DNA of 64,000 nt, from assembly GCA_051252375.1 (NCBI GenBank), contig JBPOFY010000001.1, forward strand, positions 64,001 through 128,000, in the 5' to 3' direction. Position numbers and translations under genes: made by a program. The notes beneath the pieces were generated by a model. That model did not search any database, was not told the origin of the DNA, and worked only from the letters and a program-made list of their open reading frames with translations. Positions within the stretch are counted from its first letter, which is position 1. Every line of letters starts with the position of its first letter. This stretch comes from Opitutaceae bacterium (lineage in GTDB: Bacteria > Verrucomicrobiota > Verrucomicrobiia > Opitutales > Coraliomargaritaceae). Shown here piece after piece: positions 1 through 9,216 of the stretch.

Positions 1-240
1 CGGATCGATCTTTTTCACCTCACGCAAGACATCGATACCACTCAGCCCACGCATACGGATATCCGTGATCACTAGGTGAAATGGCTTGTTCTTCGAAAAC
101 TCAATCGCCTCCTCCCCTGAGCTCGCGATCGTCACATCGTAGTCATCCGAGAAAATCATGTGTAAGGACTGCCGAGGACCATCCTCGTCATCGACAACAA
201 GCATGCGTTTTAGGGAATTATCTGTCTCGGCTTCTGTCAT
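1..240 (-). CDS. Response regulator, N-terminal receiver domain (gene runs off the left edge)
   Basis: Hand translation from ATG at 240: [30 protein letters not shown]...[27 protein letters not shown]. It has the canonical VVDD acidic pocket and ITD phospho-Asp. Not in the ORF track because it is truncated. Confidence 0.9.
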   Translation of the reverse strand, partial: MTEAETDNSLKRMLVVDDEDGPRQSLHMIFSDDYDVTIASSGEEAIEFSKNKPFHLVITDIRMRGLSGIDVLREVKKIDP

Positions 241-288
241 GTGTTTAAAATATATACATCCACTTTGTGACTCAGCACTCTAGGGTGC

Positions 289-1728
289 TCAAGCCAAATT
301 AAACTGCAGAGTCACTGATTCTGCAACAGCAGCGGCGTCAAAAGGCTTCTGCAAAATCACATCTTTCGAGCTGAAGCCATACGCCGCCTCCAACATTCCC
401 CGCCGCTTACAGGTGCAGTAAAAGAATTTAAAACCACCACCGGCCTCTTTTGCGGCATCTCTCAATATCGCTAAAGCTTCCAATGAATATCCGTCTAAAT
501 CGAAAAATACGCCATCGATCTCACCGGAACGGATGCGGCCAGCCGCAGACTCCACCCCAGTCTCGATGCTCAACTGGCAATCCTCGGACAAAATGATCTC
601 CAGCGATTCAATAACCGCGGGATAGGCGTCCATCACGATCAGCTTAGGGCGCAGTGCTTCGGTAACTGGCTGCAAAGACTCAATCGCTTGGCTCAACAAG
701 GCCTCAGCCGGAGACTCTTCGCCCCCTTTAGCTTCGTAGCCGACAACCGAGACCAACAATTCTGCGTCAGAATAAGATGAAAGTTCCTGCTTCAACATAT
801 AACGCACCGAACGCAGACGTTTACCTTCAAAAATCATGGCACAACGATACGCATCCAATGGCTGAATGTGGCGCGGATCGAGCTGCAAACGACTCGCCGA
901 AGCCTTCGCCTTGGCATATATCTGCCCAGCAACCGAACGCGACTCCAGCACGACCACTGAAACCGGCACACCTCGTGATTCACTACGGTATGCCTCTTTA
1001 TCGAGCTCGACCAAAAGTTTCGAGCGATACGCACTCAAATCATATAAAACACACGCAGTCATCGCCACACCCTCGGCGACTTCCATGGCACGCGCTTCCG
1101 AGTAAATAAAACGCCCTCCTATCTCAAAATGCATCTGCACGCGCCCAGATTGCTTCGCATGGCTCACCAGCTCGGCTTGAACCAACGCCGCACCACCCTC
1201 ACCAAGAAGGCGGCGCGCTAACTTATTCTCCACGATAACTTGCCCCTGCGATTCAAAGCAGACCACTCCAAGTGGCAGCTGATTGATTAAATATTGGAGC
1301 ACCTGCTCCGCCTTGGATTTCTGCCGGAAATTATGGGCTTGCTGCACCAACGAGGCAATCAGCCCCGACATCGCACCCAAAAGGTGTAAGTCTTCCGCTC
1401 CAAATGCCTGGTGATCCTGACGGCCTGAATATTTCAAGTAGCCCATACTGCCCCCTTGCCCAGCAACAGAGATGACGGTTTCCACAGATTCTAGATTCTC
1501 AAAGTCTGGCACCGAAGTCTGCCCCGAAAACGGATCCACCAACTGCGCACTACCATCCAAATAAAGATCCGAACCGACCAATTCCTTCAGGCTATCGAGA
1601 AACAGATCAAACTCCCCAAAGCTCGACAAGCTTGAGGCGAATGAACGCAAATACTCCCCTGCCAATGCCGCAGGCTCATGAGACAATTGAGTCACGCGCG
1701 TATTAATTAGTTTACCGGATTCAGGCAT
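289..1728 (-). CDS. Signal transduction protein: GAF-like, PAS, degenerate GGDEF-like and C-terminal receiver domains
   Basis: GAF-like end (AFGAEDLHLLGAMSGLIA), PAS start (LINQLPLGVVCFESQGQVIVENKLARRLLG) and REC motifs (IDGVFFD...FYCT...LQKPFD). Start placed at ATG 1728, which overlaps the upstream stop (ATGCCTGA). Confidence 0.7.
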   Translation of the reverse strand: MPESGKLINTRVTQLSHEPAALAGEYLRSFASSLSSFGEFDLFLDSLKELVGSDLYLDGSAQLVDPFSGQTSVPDFENLESVETVISVAGQGGSMGYLKYSGRQDHQAFGAEDLHLLGAMSGLIASLVQQAHNFRQKSKAEQVLQYLINQLPLGVVCFESQGQVIVENKLARRLLGEGGAALVQAELVSHAKQSGRVQMHFEIGGRFIYSEARAMEVAEGVAMTACVLYDLSAYRSKLLVELDKEAYRSESRGVPVSVVVLESRSVAGQIYAKAKASASRLQLDPRHIQPLDAYRCAMIFEGKRLRSVRYMLKQELSSYSDAELLVSVVGYEAKGGEESPAEALLSQAIESLQPVTEALRPKLIVMDAYPAVIESLEIILSEDCQLSIETGVESAAGRIRSGEIDGVFFDLDGYSLEALAILRDAAKEAGGGFKFFYCTCKRRGMLEAAYGFSSKDVILQKPFDAAAVAESVTLQFNLA

Positions 1729-3859
1729 CTTTTTCTTTTGAATCAAAAACCTTCAAGGAGACAACGAAGTTCGCACCACCATCAGGCATGTTGGATACCG
1801 TAATCGCTCCATTGTGATTGTCCACAATACGTTTCGAAATCGCCAGCCCAAGCCCCATGCCATGCTTCTCCAATCGCGTGCCAGTATCTTTCGAAGTGAT
1901 AAACGGATCAAAAATACGGGGTAAAATCGCTGGTGGAATACCCTTACCATTATCAGACACCGACACATCCACCCATGACTTCCTCTCGCGTGAACGCATC
2001 GATTTAAGCCCTACTTCGATTGTAATACAAGGCGATGGTATCCCCGATAAAGCATGTAGCGCATTCTCAATTAGGTTATTAAAAACCTGCATCAGTTGAT
2101 CCATGCTGGCCAGAATCACCACCGACTCATCAATCTCCGAATTAAAACGAATTTCAACTCCCGCGATCTTCGCTGACGATTCATAAATCTCCATGCTACT
2201 ACGAATAATCGAAAGTAAATTAGCAGGTGACCTCCTTGACTGCTGATTTTGCGAATACAGCGCAACGCCTTCGACGATATTTCCGATGCGTTTCACATCA
2301 CGCAATAGAACGTCTTTAAAATCATCCGAAACCGACTCCACAGATTTCCCTGCTTGAACCAGCGTCGCTAAGGTTTGCACGGACACCAAAGGATTTCGTA
2401 TCTCATGCGCCAAGCCGGCGGCCATGGTTCCCAATGCAACCAGCTTATCGACTTCATTCGACCTACGCTCCAAGTCACGAATTCTAAGGTTCAGGCCAAT
2501 TTGAGCCCCAATGCTAAACAATATGGCTGATTCGTCCTCCGTAAACGGCCGCGCCTCACTAAGGGCACCTAATAAAATCAAACCAAAGACTTCATGGTCA
2601 GCAAAAATGGGCACCACCACTGACAAACTCATGTCATTTCGAAGGCTCACCAATGCCGAATAATACTGCTCACTCAACTCACCATATACCTGCGCAAATA
2701 TCAGCGCCTCAGGCTTACGGCTCAGGCCATCAATAATGGGGTTGTCCGGTTCAATGAGATATTCTTCTGGTGCTTGGTTAAATTTCCCAGAGCTATACTT
2801 GCAGCTATAATTACTCTCAAAAACCTCTAATCGATAAACCGCCACACCACTCACATCGATCGAACGCATGAGAGTATCGCCCACGGCTTCAAACATACTT
2901 TGCTCGTCAACCAAATCGGCCAACTTCATTGGTAACTCTTTCAGCTCGGCCAATGCACTCACACGGTCTTTTCGAAACACGCCCTCCAAAATACTTTCCG
3001 TCCAATATCTGAATTTTGGAACTCCCCAAAAAACCAACGCGCTACACCCAAACGCAATAAACCCGCGCAACCAAAAGTCCTGCACACTGACTGGATCACC
3101 TGAAAGGCTCCGAAATAAGACGAAGAACAACAGATAAAATAGTGCCACAGAAACATTCAACATGAGGCCGACGATCGCCTTATAGAGATCCAAACTGAAC
3201 CCGAAGATTCGATTATGATACAAGCCGTGCACCATCAAAAACAAATACACTGAAACCAGTATATTACCATATGGCTGAAGCGGGATATCATACCACAACG
3301 GAAAGTTCGTGGCGCCGCCGGTAAACCCGATCAATGCCGAGAATAAGACCAACAGGTAGTCAGATGCTTTCCCGCCAAGATTTCGTGACCAACCTTTAAA
3401 TAATACCCACAGTGCAGCAAAGAGGTAGCCACTAAAAACGAGTAAATATACTGGCATCAGAGCTCCGGCATTCGGCCAAAAATCGTGCCCGTGGCGAGGC
3501 GACACCCCATCGACGATTAATCCAAACGGGACAGCGCACACTAAAAGAAAAGCAGCCGCATAGCCAAAATAAACCAAACGCTTCGTTTTCTCCCCCGCTA
3601 GCTCTAATGAAAAATGATACAAGGCTACGGGCTGAAAAGCAGCAGCACTGATTAACACATTACAATAATACACCGCATACACTTCCGATGTTGAGAGGCG
3701 CCAAAGCGTGTAAGCAAAGGACCAAACAGTAATGGCTAGCAAGAAATACAGATAGCGTTTACGGACCGGATTTCGGTCGCGAGAAGACAATATGAAAGCA
3801 ACCTGCAGCAGGGCCGCCAACAGATTGAGGAAAGATGAAACCGTAAGATATGTATTCAC
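1721..3859 (-). CDS. Sensor histidine kinase with N-terminal multi-TM (HisKA_7TM-like) sensor, GAF, HisKA and HATPase domains
   Basis: About 280 aa hydrophobic N-terminus; H-box LAHEIRNPL; N-box QVFNNLIENA; G1 DNGKGI; F-box FDPFITSK; G2 GMGLGL. The GTG start overlaps the upstream stop (GTGA). Confidence 0.92.
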   Translation of the reverse strand: MNTYLTVSSFLNLLAALLQVAFILSSRDRNPVRKRYLYFLLAITVWSFAYTLWRLSTSEVYAVYYCNVLISAAAFQPVALYHFSLELAGEKTKRLVYFGYAAAFLLVCAVPFGLIVDGVSPRHGHDFWPNAGALMPVYLLVFSGYLFAALWVLFKGWSRNLGGKASDYLLVLFSALIGFTGGATNFPLWYDIPLQPYGNILVSVYLFLMVHGLYHNRIFGFSLDLYKAIVGLMLNVSVALFYLLFFVLFRSLSGDPVSVQDFWLRGFIAFGCSALVFWGVPKFRYWTESILEGVFRKDRVSALAELKELPMKLADLVDEQSMFEAVGDTLMRSIDVSGVAVYRLEVFESNYSCKYSSGKFNQAPEEYLIEPDNPIIDGLSRKPEALIFAQVYGELSEQYYSALVSLRNDMSLSVVVPIFADHEVFGLILLGALSEARPFTEDESAILFSIGAQIGLNLRIRDLERRSNEVDKLVALGTMAAGLAHEIRNPLVSVQTLATLVQAGKSVESVSDDFKDVLLRDVKRIGNIVEGVALYSQNQQSRRSPANLLSIIRSSMEIYESSAKIAGVEIRFNSEIDESVVILASMDQLMQVFNNLIENALHALSGIPSPCITIEVGLKSMRSRERKSWVDVSVSDNGKGIPPAILPRIFDPFITSKDTGTRLEKHGMGLGLAISKRIVDNHNGAITVSNMPDGGANFVVSLKVFDSKEKDA

Positions 3860-5547
3860 TTCACAATACGAATGACATTGGCCTGATCACCAAATGATCG
3901 GTAACACCGAACTTCCGAAAAGCCTGCAGCCAGAGCCAATTGCTCTAACTCATCAAATTCAAAAAACGCATAGATGCCGCTATCTTTCTTCAGCTTAATT
4001 CGCCCGGCAGCTCCTAGCAGAACCGATGCATCCTCTTCCTTTTTCTCCGATTCATCCTGCGTCACATAGTTATGATACAACACAGTCATATCACAGCCCG
4101 GCTTCATACTCGACACCACGCCGACGCCGCCCGGCTTCAAGACTCGGGACAACTCTTTCATTAAATGAATCGGCTCTTTCAAATAGGATAAAACCAAGCT
4201 GCAGCAGACTTTGCTGATACTGGAATCCGCAAAAGGCAAGGAGGCTCCCTGCTCTCCCCCAATACTATCAAAATTCAACTTTCTATAGGAAAAATTAACA
4301 AAGCCCGAGTCCTTAAGCGCATCTCGCTGCATATGGATCAATTCATCCACATGCCTAGAATACGAACGAAATAAGCCTTCCTGAGTCAGATCCAAGCCGC
4401 AGTAATGAACCGGATTCGGCAATACTTTGAGCGTGTGCATCTCTTGAATCATCGAACGCATTAAACTAACGCCATAAAAGCCGTTACCGCAGCCAGCATC
4501 CAACACTACATCATAAGGCTGAATCGCTCCAAGTAGCCCACATACCGTCTTAAAATATTCTACATAATATTCAGCCGACTCGATAATGCCAAACTTACCC
4601 AAATAATCGCCCCAAAATTCATGCTCGGCCTCAGTGAACTTCATTGTGGCCTGCAATTTAGTTCGCTCCAATTTGTTTTGCGCAATCAATGTCCTCTTGC
4701 ACGGCACCTTTTCCAGAGATGGCTTTGCCATCCCTTCTGAACAGAAAACCAACAATCTACCAAAAGCCTGCTGCACCGCTTGAGGATTCTCATTTATTTC
4801 ATGCCCCACATCCTTGACTGACTCAACTACGCCTTGCGAGCACTGCGACATCACCGCTTCGACATCTTCCCGGACAACCCAAAGATCATTATCAGCAAAT
4901 AAATGCAAGGCCGGCACAGTCACTTTGGACGCATCCTCAATTGTCCCAGCGAGATCCAACATATTGGACTCGATCAAACTCTTATAAAAACGAGCTCCAT
5001 CAATTTCGAAGCCTAGAATGTCGACCTTTGTCCATGTCGCGCCCTTGGCTAACTCTCCGAAGAAATCGCGATTATAGATCGCCTTCAAGGTGCGATCCAT
5101 ATTCACCATGCCCACCAAACAGACATAGCGTGAAATTCTTTTATCTTGAGCACAGGCGCGAAGGCCACAACGAGCCGACAAGCTCAAAGTCGTTAAAACG
5201 ATCTCCGCAGGTTCAAAGTAACGGTCCACATAGTCCACGACAGCAACGATATCATCCGCAACACCCACGAGTGTGAATTGATCCATAGTCCCATCACTAT
5301 CACCGATATGATTCGTTTGATCAAAGCGTAGCACTTTAAAGCCATTCGCAGCGAGAAGGTATGACAGCTGTAGATTATTTTTCTTCGTCTCCCCATAACG
5401 AGGCGCCAAGACCACCACTCGCTCATTCCAAAGAGACTCAAGCCCTTCATCAAGATAGCCAACAATACGACGACCGCGCGGCCCTGGAAAAGTAACCAAG
5501 CGACTCGTGATTTCAGAAACTTCTTCGGCCTCTTTCGCAGTAGACAT
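3856..5547 (-). CDS. LuxD-like acyl-ACP thioesterase/acyltransferase fused to a class I SAM-dependent methyltransferase
   Basis: The N-half matches LuxD motifs from memory (NGFKVLRFDQTNHIGDSDG; nucleophile SLSAR; DNDLWV; VGHEINEN). The C-half has SAM motif I (VLDAGCGNG), LPFADSS and RVLKPGG. Confidence 0.85.
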   Translation of the reverse strand: MSTAKEAEEVSEITSRLVTFPGPRGRRIVGYLDEGLESLWNERVVVLAPRYGETKKNNLQLSYLLAANGFKVLRFDQTNHIGDSDGTMDQFTLVGVADDIVAVVDYVDRYFEPAEIVLTTLSLSARCGLRACAQDKRISRYVCLVGMVNMDRTLKAIYNRDFFGELAKGATWTKVDILGFEIDGARFYKSLIESNMLDLAGTIEDASKVTVPALHLFADNDLWVVREDVEAVMSQCSQGVVESVKDVGHEINENPQAVQQAFGRLLVFCSEGMAKPSLEKVPCKRTLIAQNKLERTKLQATMKFTEAEHEFWGDYLGKFGIIESAEYYVEYFKTVCGLLGAIQPYDVVLDAGCGNGFYGVSLMRSMIQEMHTLKVLPNPVHYCGLDLTQEGLFRSYSRHVDELIHMQRDALKDSGFVNFSYRKLNFDSIGGEQGASLPFADSSISKVCCSLVLSYLKEPIHLMKELSRVLKPGGVGVVSSMKPGCDMTVLYHNYVTQDESEKKEEDASVLLGAAGRIKLKKDSGIYAFFEFDELEQLALAAGFSEVRCYRSFGDQANVIRIVK

Positions 5548-5735
5548 ACACCACGTCTGATCGAAAAAACGTTTCTTGCAATCAAACTTTCCCTAAAGCA
5601 CATACCGTTGACTTTAAAAGCATTCCGAAAACGGCACCTTCACGCAGTTAATGGGGTCGCAACAAATCCTACATTTGGACCAGAAACAATGTTGCACTCT
5701 ACGTTACATCCCGACTATTTATTACGCTAAGATTT

Positions 5736-7751
5736 GTGAGCCATATTCTCTTCATTAGTCGCGATGCTACAATCCCCAAAAATTTGCGGGAGGCATTGAC
5801 GGCTCCAGAACTAAGAATCGTCACTCGAAACAACCCCATAGATGCTGAATCTGCACTGCAAAGAGGAGCTTTCGATCTCGCAATTTTATATGCTGACGCC
5901 GGCGAAAACACCTTAAAGTCACAGTTACGTAGTCTTCGTGGATTATCGAAAGACCTATATATAATTGTATTGGCTCCTGAATACAACCTTAGCGAAGAGC
6001 AGATGACCTTCGATCTCGGCGCCGACTTATACTTCTCCGAGCCCATACCAGCGAAAAGCCTACAGCGCATACTCACTCGCCACAGCCAGACAGAGTCAGC
6101 CACTCAGACAACCGTGACACACGCCGCTGCCCCGACCCCGGACAATGGGCATTCGCGTTCATCCTCCGCACTCCACACACTTCGCGACTTTTCGAACATT
6201 CTAGGCTTCAGCCTGGACTACAAGGCTTTCACCCAGCACTTCATCCTCAAGCTTCGCGAGCACATTAGCTTTAGCCGTATCGGGATATTCCTAGAAGCCA
6301 CCGCGAAGCAATCGCTGGTCAAACACAAGGGCAGTCAAGACCTAGAGTGTATCGCATCACTCGGCCTGCCAAGCGATCTGATCGATTGCTTCCAGCTCAG
6401 CCGTGACGTCGGAATCGGCAAAACCCTTTACGAGCACCCCCGAGTTCTCAATATTCGTGAGCTGACAAATACACCTTTTGAAAATCGAAATAACTCGATT
6501 CAAAAGGAATTCGGCATCTTAGGCTGCCATCTCGCTGTCCCCATCAGTGACCGCGAAGGTCAGATTGGCGTCGCCGTGCTCAATGGCCCGATCACTGGTC
6601 GCGAATACAGTGAAGATGAACTACAGCTGCTCTACCTTCTGATGGAGGAACTCGGGCTGGCGATTCGCAATAGCCGGCTACATGCCGAGCTCGGCAGACA
6701 TGGAGCACTCATCGAAAATGTGCTCAGCTCGATGTCCAGCGGCGCGATTGTGGTCAGTGAAGACCTAGAGATCCTTTACGCAAATCGTGCAGCCAAACAA
6801 TTCCTCCAAGTCGAAACCGAAGAAACACGGACGATTGATTTTGCTGAATTGCCCAACAAACTTGCCAGCCCTGTGCATCGCGCAGTCGAAAAAGGTGAAA
6901 TCTCCGACGCTTTTCTCATTCCGGGCAATGAGGACAACCACATTTATCAAGTCTCCATCTTCCCATTCTCCCACAATGAAGAGCTGGCTCTCTTGCCACG
7001 CCCGACGATGGTCATACTTGAGGATTTCACCAAGATTGAGGCCAACAAGCAATCTGCCCTCGAAGATAGTAAAAGCGAATTGATCGGTCTAATCGCGGAA
7101 CGCTTCGCACACGAAATCCGAAATTCACTCGTGCCCCTGACGACTCACATGCAGTTGATCGACAAGAAAATCGAGCAACCAAAGTTTCAAGCCAGCCTTA
7201 AGTCCGCGCTGCAAAAGGAAACCGGACGAATCAAGCGCTTCAGCGAGCAAATGCTCTACCTCGCCCAGAACTCGAACCCCACGACAAGCACAGTAGATAT
7301 CGAGACAGTCATCCTGAGCGGTTTCGAAGCCGCAAAGAAACAGGCGAAAAACAATAAAGTGCGCCTAGGTTTAGACGAATTACCAAATATCGCAAAAATC
7401 CAAGGCGACCCCGAAGGTATCACCTACGCATGGGAGGAAATTTTCCTTAACTCGATCCAAGCCGGCGAAGGGAATAATTCGCCAATCCTAGTGAAAATGC
7501 AGCAGAACGACGAAGGTATTTTACGCATTACAATCAAAGATGGCGGCCCTGGCTTTACCGACGAACTAATCGAACACGCAACTGAGCCTTTCTACACCTC
7601 ACGCAATACAGGCGTTGGATTAGGCCTCTCGGTTGCAAAAAAAATCATCGAGTCACACCACGGGTTTATACAATTAAATAAGCGAAGCAAAGACGCAGAC
7701 TGGGATATCCAGATAGAGCTACCAACAAAACTTACACAAACGATAAAATAG
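5736..7751 (+). CDS. Hybrid histidine kinase: atypical receiver, GAF, PAS, HisKA, HATPase
   Basis: REC-like N-terminus; GAF (LAVPISDREGQIGVAVL...YSEDELQLL); PAS (VLSSMSSGAIVV...YANRAAKQFL); H-box FAHEIRNSL; DGGPG; EPFYTSR; GVGLGL. GTG start. Confidence 0.88.
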   Translation: MSHILFISRDATIPKNLREALTAPELRIVTRNNPIDAESALQRGAFDLAILYADAGENTLKSQLRSLRGLSKDLYIIVLAPEYNLSEEQMTFDLGADLYFSEPIPAKSLQRILTRHSQTESATQTTVTHAAAPTPDNGHSRSSSALHTLRDFSNILGFSLDYKAFTQHFILKLREHISFSRIGIFLEATAKQSLVKHKGSQDLECIASLGLPSDLIDCFQLSRDVGIGKTLYEHPRVLNIRELTNTPFENRNNSIQKEFGILGCHLAVPISDREGQIGVAVLNGPITGREYSEDELQLLYLLMEELGLAIRNSRLHAELGRHGALIENVLSSMSSGAIVVSEDLEILYANRAAKQFLQVETEETRTIDFAELPNKLASPVHRAVEKGEISDAFLIPGNEDNHIYQVSIFPFSHNEELALLPRPTMVILEDFTKIEANKQSALEDSKSELIGLIAERFAHEIRNSLVPLTTHMQLIDKKIEQPKFQASLKSALQKETGRIKRFSEQMLYLAQNSNPTTSTVDIETVILSGFEAAKKQAKNNKVRLGLDELPNIAKIQGDPEGITYAWEEIFLNSIQAGEGNNSPILVKMQQNDEGILRITIKDGGPGFTDELIEHATEPFYTSRNTGVGLGLSVAKKIIESHHGFIQLNKRSKDADWDIQIELPTKLTQTIK

Positions 7752-7753
7752 AC

Positions 7754-8947
7754 ATGAACAATACGTCCAAATACGCCCGACTCATCGGAGCACTCACTCT
7801 TGGAATTTCAACTGTAGATGCCGCAGCTACTCGCATAGCCTACATTGATGCCTTCGCAACTGCACGGGGCAATGCTTTCACCGCGACCGCAGATAATCCA
7901 TCGGCAGTCTTTTACAATGCCGCTGGCCTAACACAACAAGAAGGCACCAATGTGCATGGCAGTGCCTACCTAATTTCACTGGGCTACGAAGCCGACACCA
8001 CATTTGGCAGCGACGACATGGACGACGACTTTCAAACAGTCCCGAGCTTCTTCGCCAGCCATAAGTTCGAGGACTCCCCGTTCGCGATCGGCTTTGGCCT
8101 CTACGCACCTTTTGCACTTGGCTCCGACTGGGGCAGCGATGCCGCATTTACAGTGGACCCACGCGTCCCCTACGAAGCCGAACTTCAATACGTCAAATAT
8201 CACCTCGTGCTGGCATGGCAAATAACAGAGACACTTTCTATTGCTGCGGGCATCAGCTATGATGACACAGACGTCGACCTCAAAGCCACCGCCCTTCAAT
8301 TCGACGGCAACGACAATACGGTCGGCTATTCACTTTCAGCAATGTGGCAACCATCCGAAGAGCACTCCTTCGGCCTGAATTACCAAGCAGAAACCAACGT
8401 CACTTTCGACGGCACCACAACCTTCACAGGTGTGGGCGCTTTTGATTCAAATGCAGATCTCGTATTCCCCGAATCAATCGTATTCGGCTACTCTTACCGC
8501 CCAAATGAGAAATGGAATATCGAGTTTAATCTCGACTGGACAAACTGGGATAAAGTCAACGACCTCACCATTGATAATCTTCCTATTTTCCTACCGCCAG
8601 CCAGCTATGATTTAAACTGGGAATCCGCATTCATCTGGGAACTCGGCGTCACTCGTTACTTTGACGACGGCTGGCACGTCAGCGGTGGCTATACATACGT
8701 GGAGAACGCAGTGCCCGATGCAAACTTTCTGCCTATCGTGCCTGACTCGGATCGCCACTTCCTCTCAATTGGCGTTGGTCGCAGCTACGACAACCTTAGC
8801 TGGCAGATCACTTACCAACAAGCATTCGCGAGCGATCGTGCAGTATCCGGCAACGACCTACAAGTCGCTCCAGGCGTCAGCGCCATCGATGGTAATTACG
8901 ATCTAGACAGCCAAGCGATCTCATTCTCCTTGAGTTACCTGTTCTAG
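7754..8947 (+). CDS. FadL/OmpP1/TodX family outer-membrane long-chain fatty acid/hydrophobic compound transporter
   Basis: Signal peptide; hatch motif ARGNAFTATADNPSAVFYNAAGL; PDSDR motif; C-terminal beta-signal LSYLF. Confidence 0.9.
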   Translation: MNNTSKYARLIGALTLGISTVDAAATRIAYIDAFATARGNAFTATADNPSAVFYNAAGLTQQEGTNVHGSAYLISLGYEADTTFGSDDMDDDFQTVPSFFASHKFEDSPFAIGFGLYAPFALGSDWGSDAAFTVDPRVPYEAELQYVKYHLVLAWQITETLSIAAGISYDDTDVDLKATALQFDGNDNTVGYSLSAMWQPSEEHSFGLNYQAETNVTFDGTTTFTGVGAFDSNADLVFPESIVFGYSYRPNEKWNIEFNLDWTNWDKVNDLTIDNLPIFLPPASYDLNWESAFIWELGVTRYFDDGWHVSGGYTYVENAVPDANFLPIVPDSDRHFLSIGVGRSYDNLSWQITYQQAFASDRAVSGNDLQVAPGVSAIDGNYDLDSQAISFSLSYLF

Positions 8948-9216
8948 AATCGCTCTAAAAGCTGCGCCTCACTGAGGCCTACAATTTCTAAATGCTTCGT
9001 CTGACTGGTCGCCCCGCGCACCACTCGGACGGAGCGTTTTTGTATCTGCAAATGTTTCGCCAATAACGCGCATACCGCCTTATTCGCTTTGCCAGACTCA
9101 GGATGGGCGGTGACTTTTACTTTCAACGCGCCGTCGTGCCAGCCGACGATTTCGTCGCGTGAGGCGTTGGGAATCACGCGAACGTTCAACTCGCAACATT
9201 CACTATCCTTCGTCAC
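8944..9216 (-). CDS. DUF167/YggU family protein
   Basis: VRVIPNASR...LKVKVTAHPESGKANKA...GATSQTK signature. Confidence 0.9.
   Translation of the reverse strand: MTKDSECCELNVRVIPNASRDEIVGWHDGALKVKVTAHPESGKANKAVCALLAKHLQIQKRSVRVVRGATSQTKHLEIVGLSEAQLLERF

Noticed and set aside
3856..5547. Bioluminescence (lux) operon
   Set aside because: Only a LuxD-like domain is present; no luciferase, LuxC reductase or LuxE synthetase in the window
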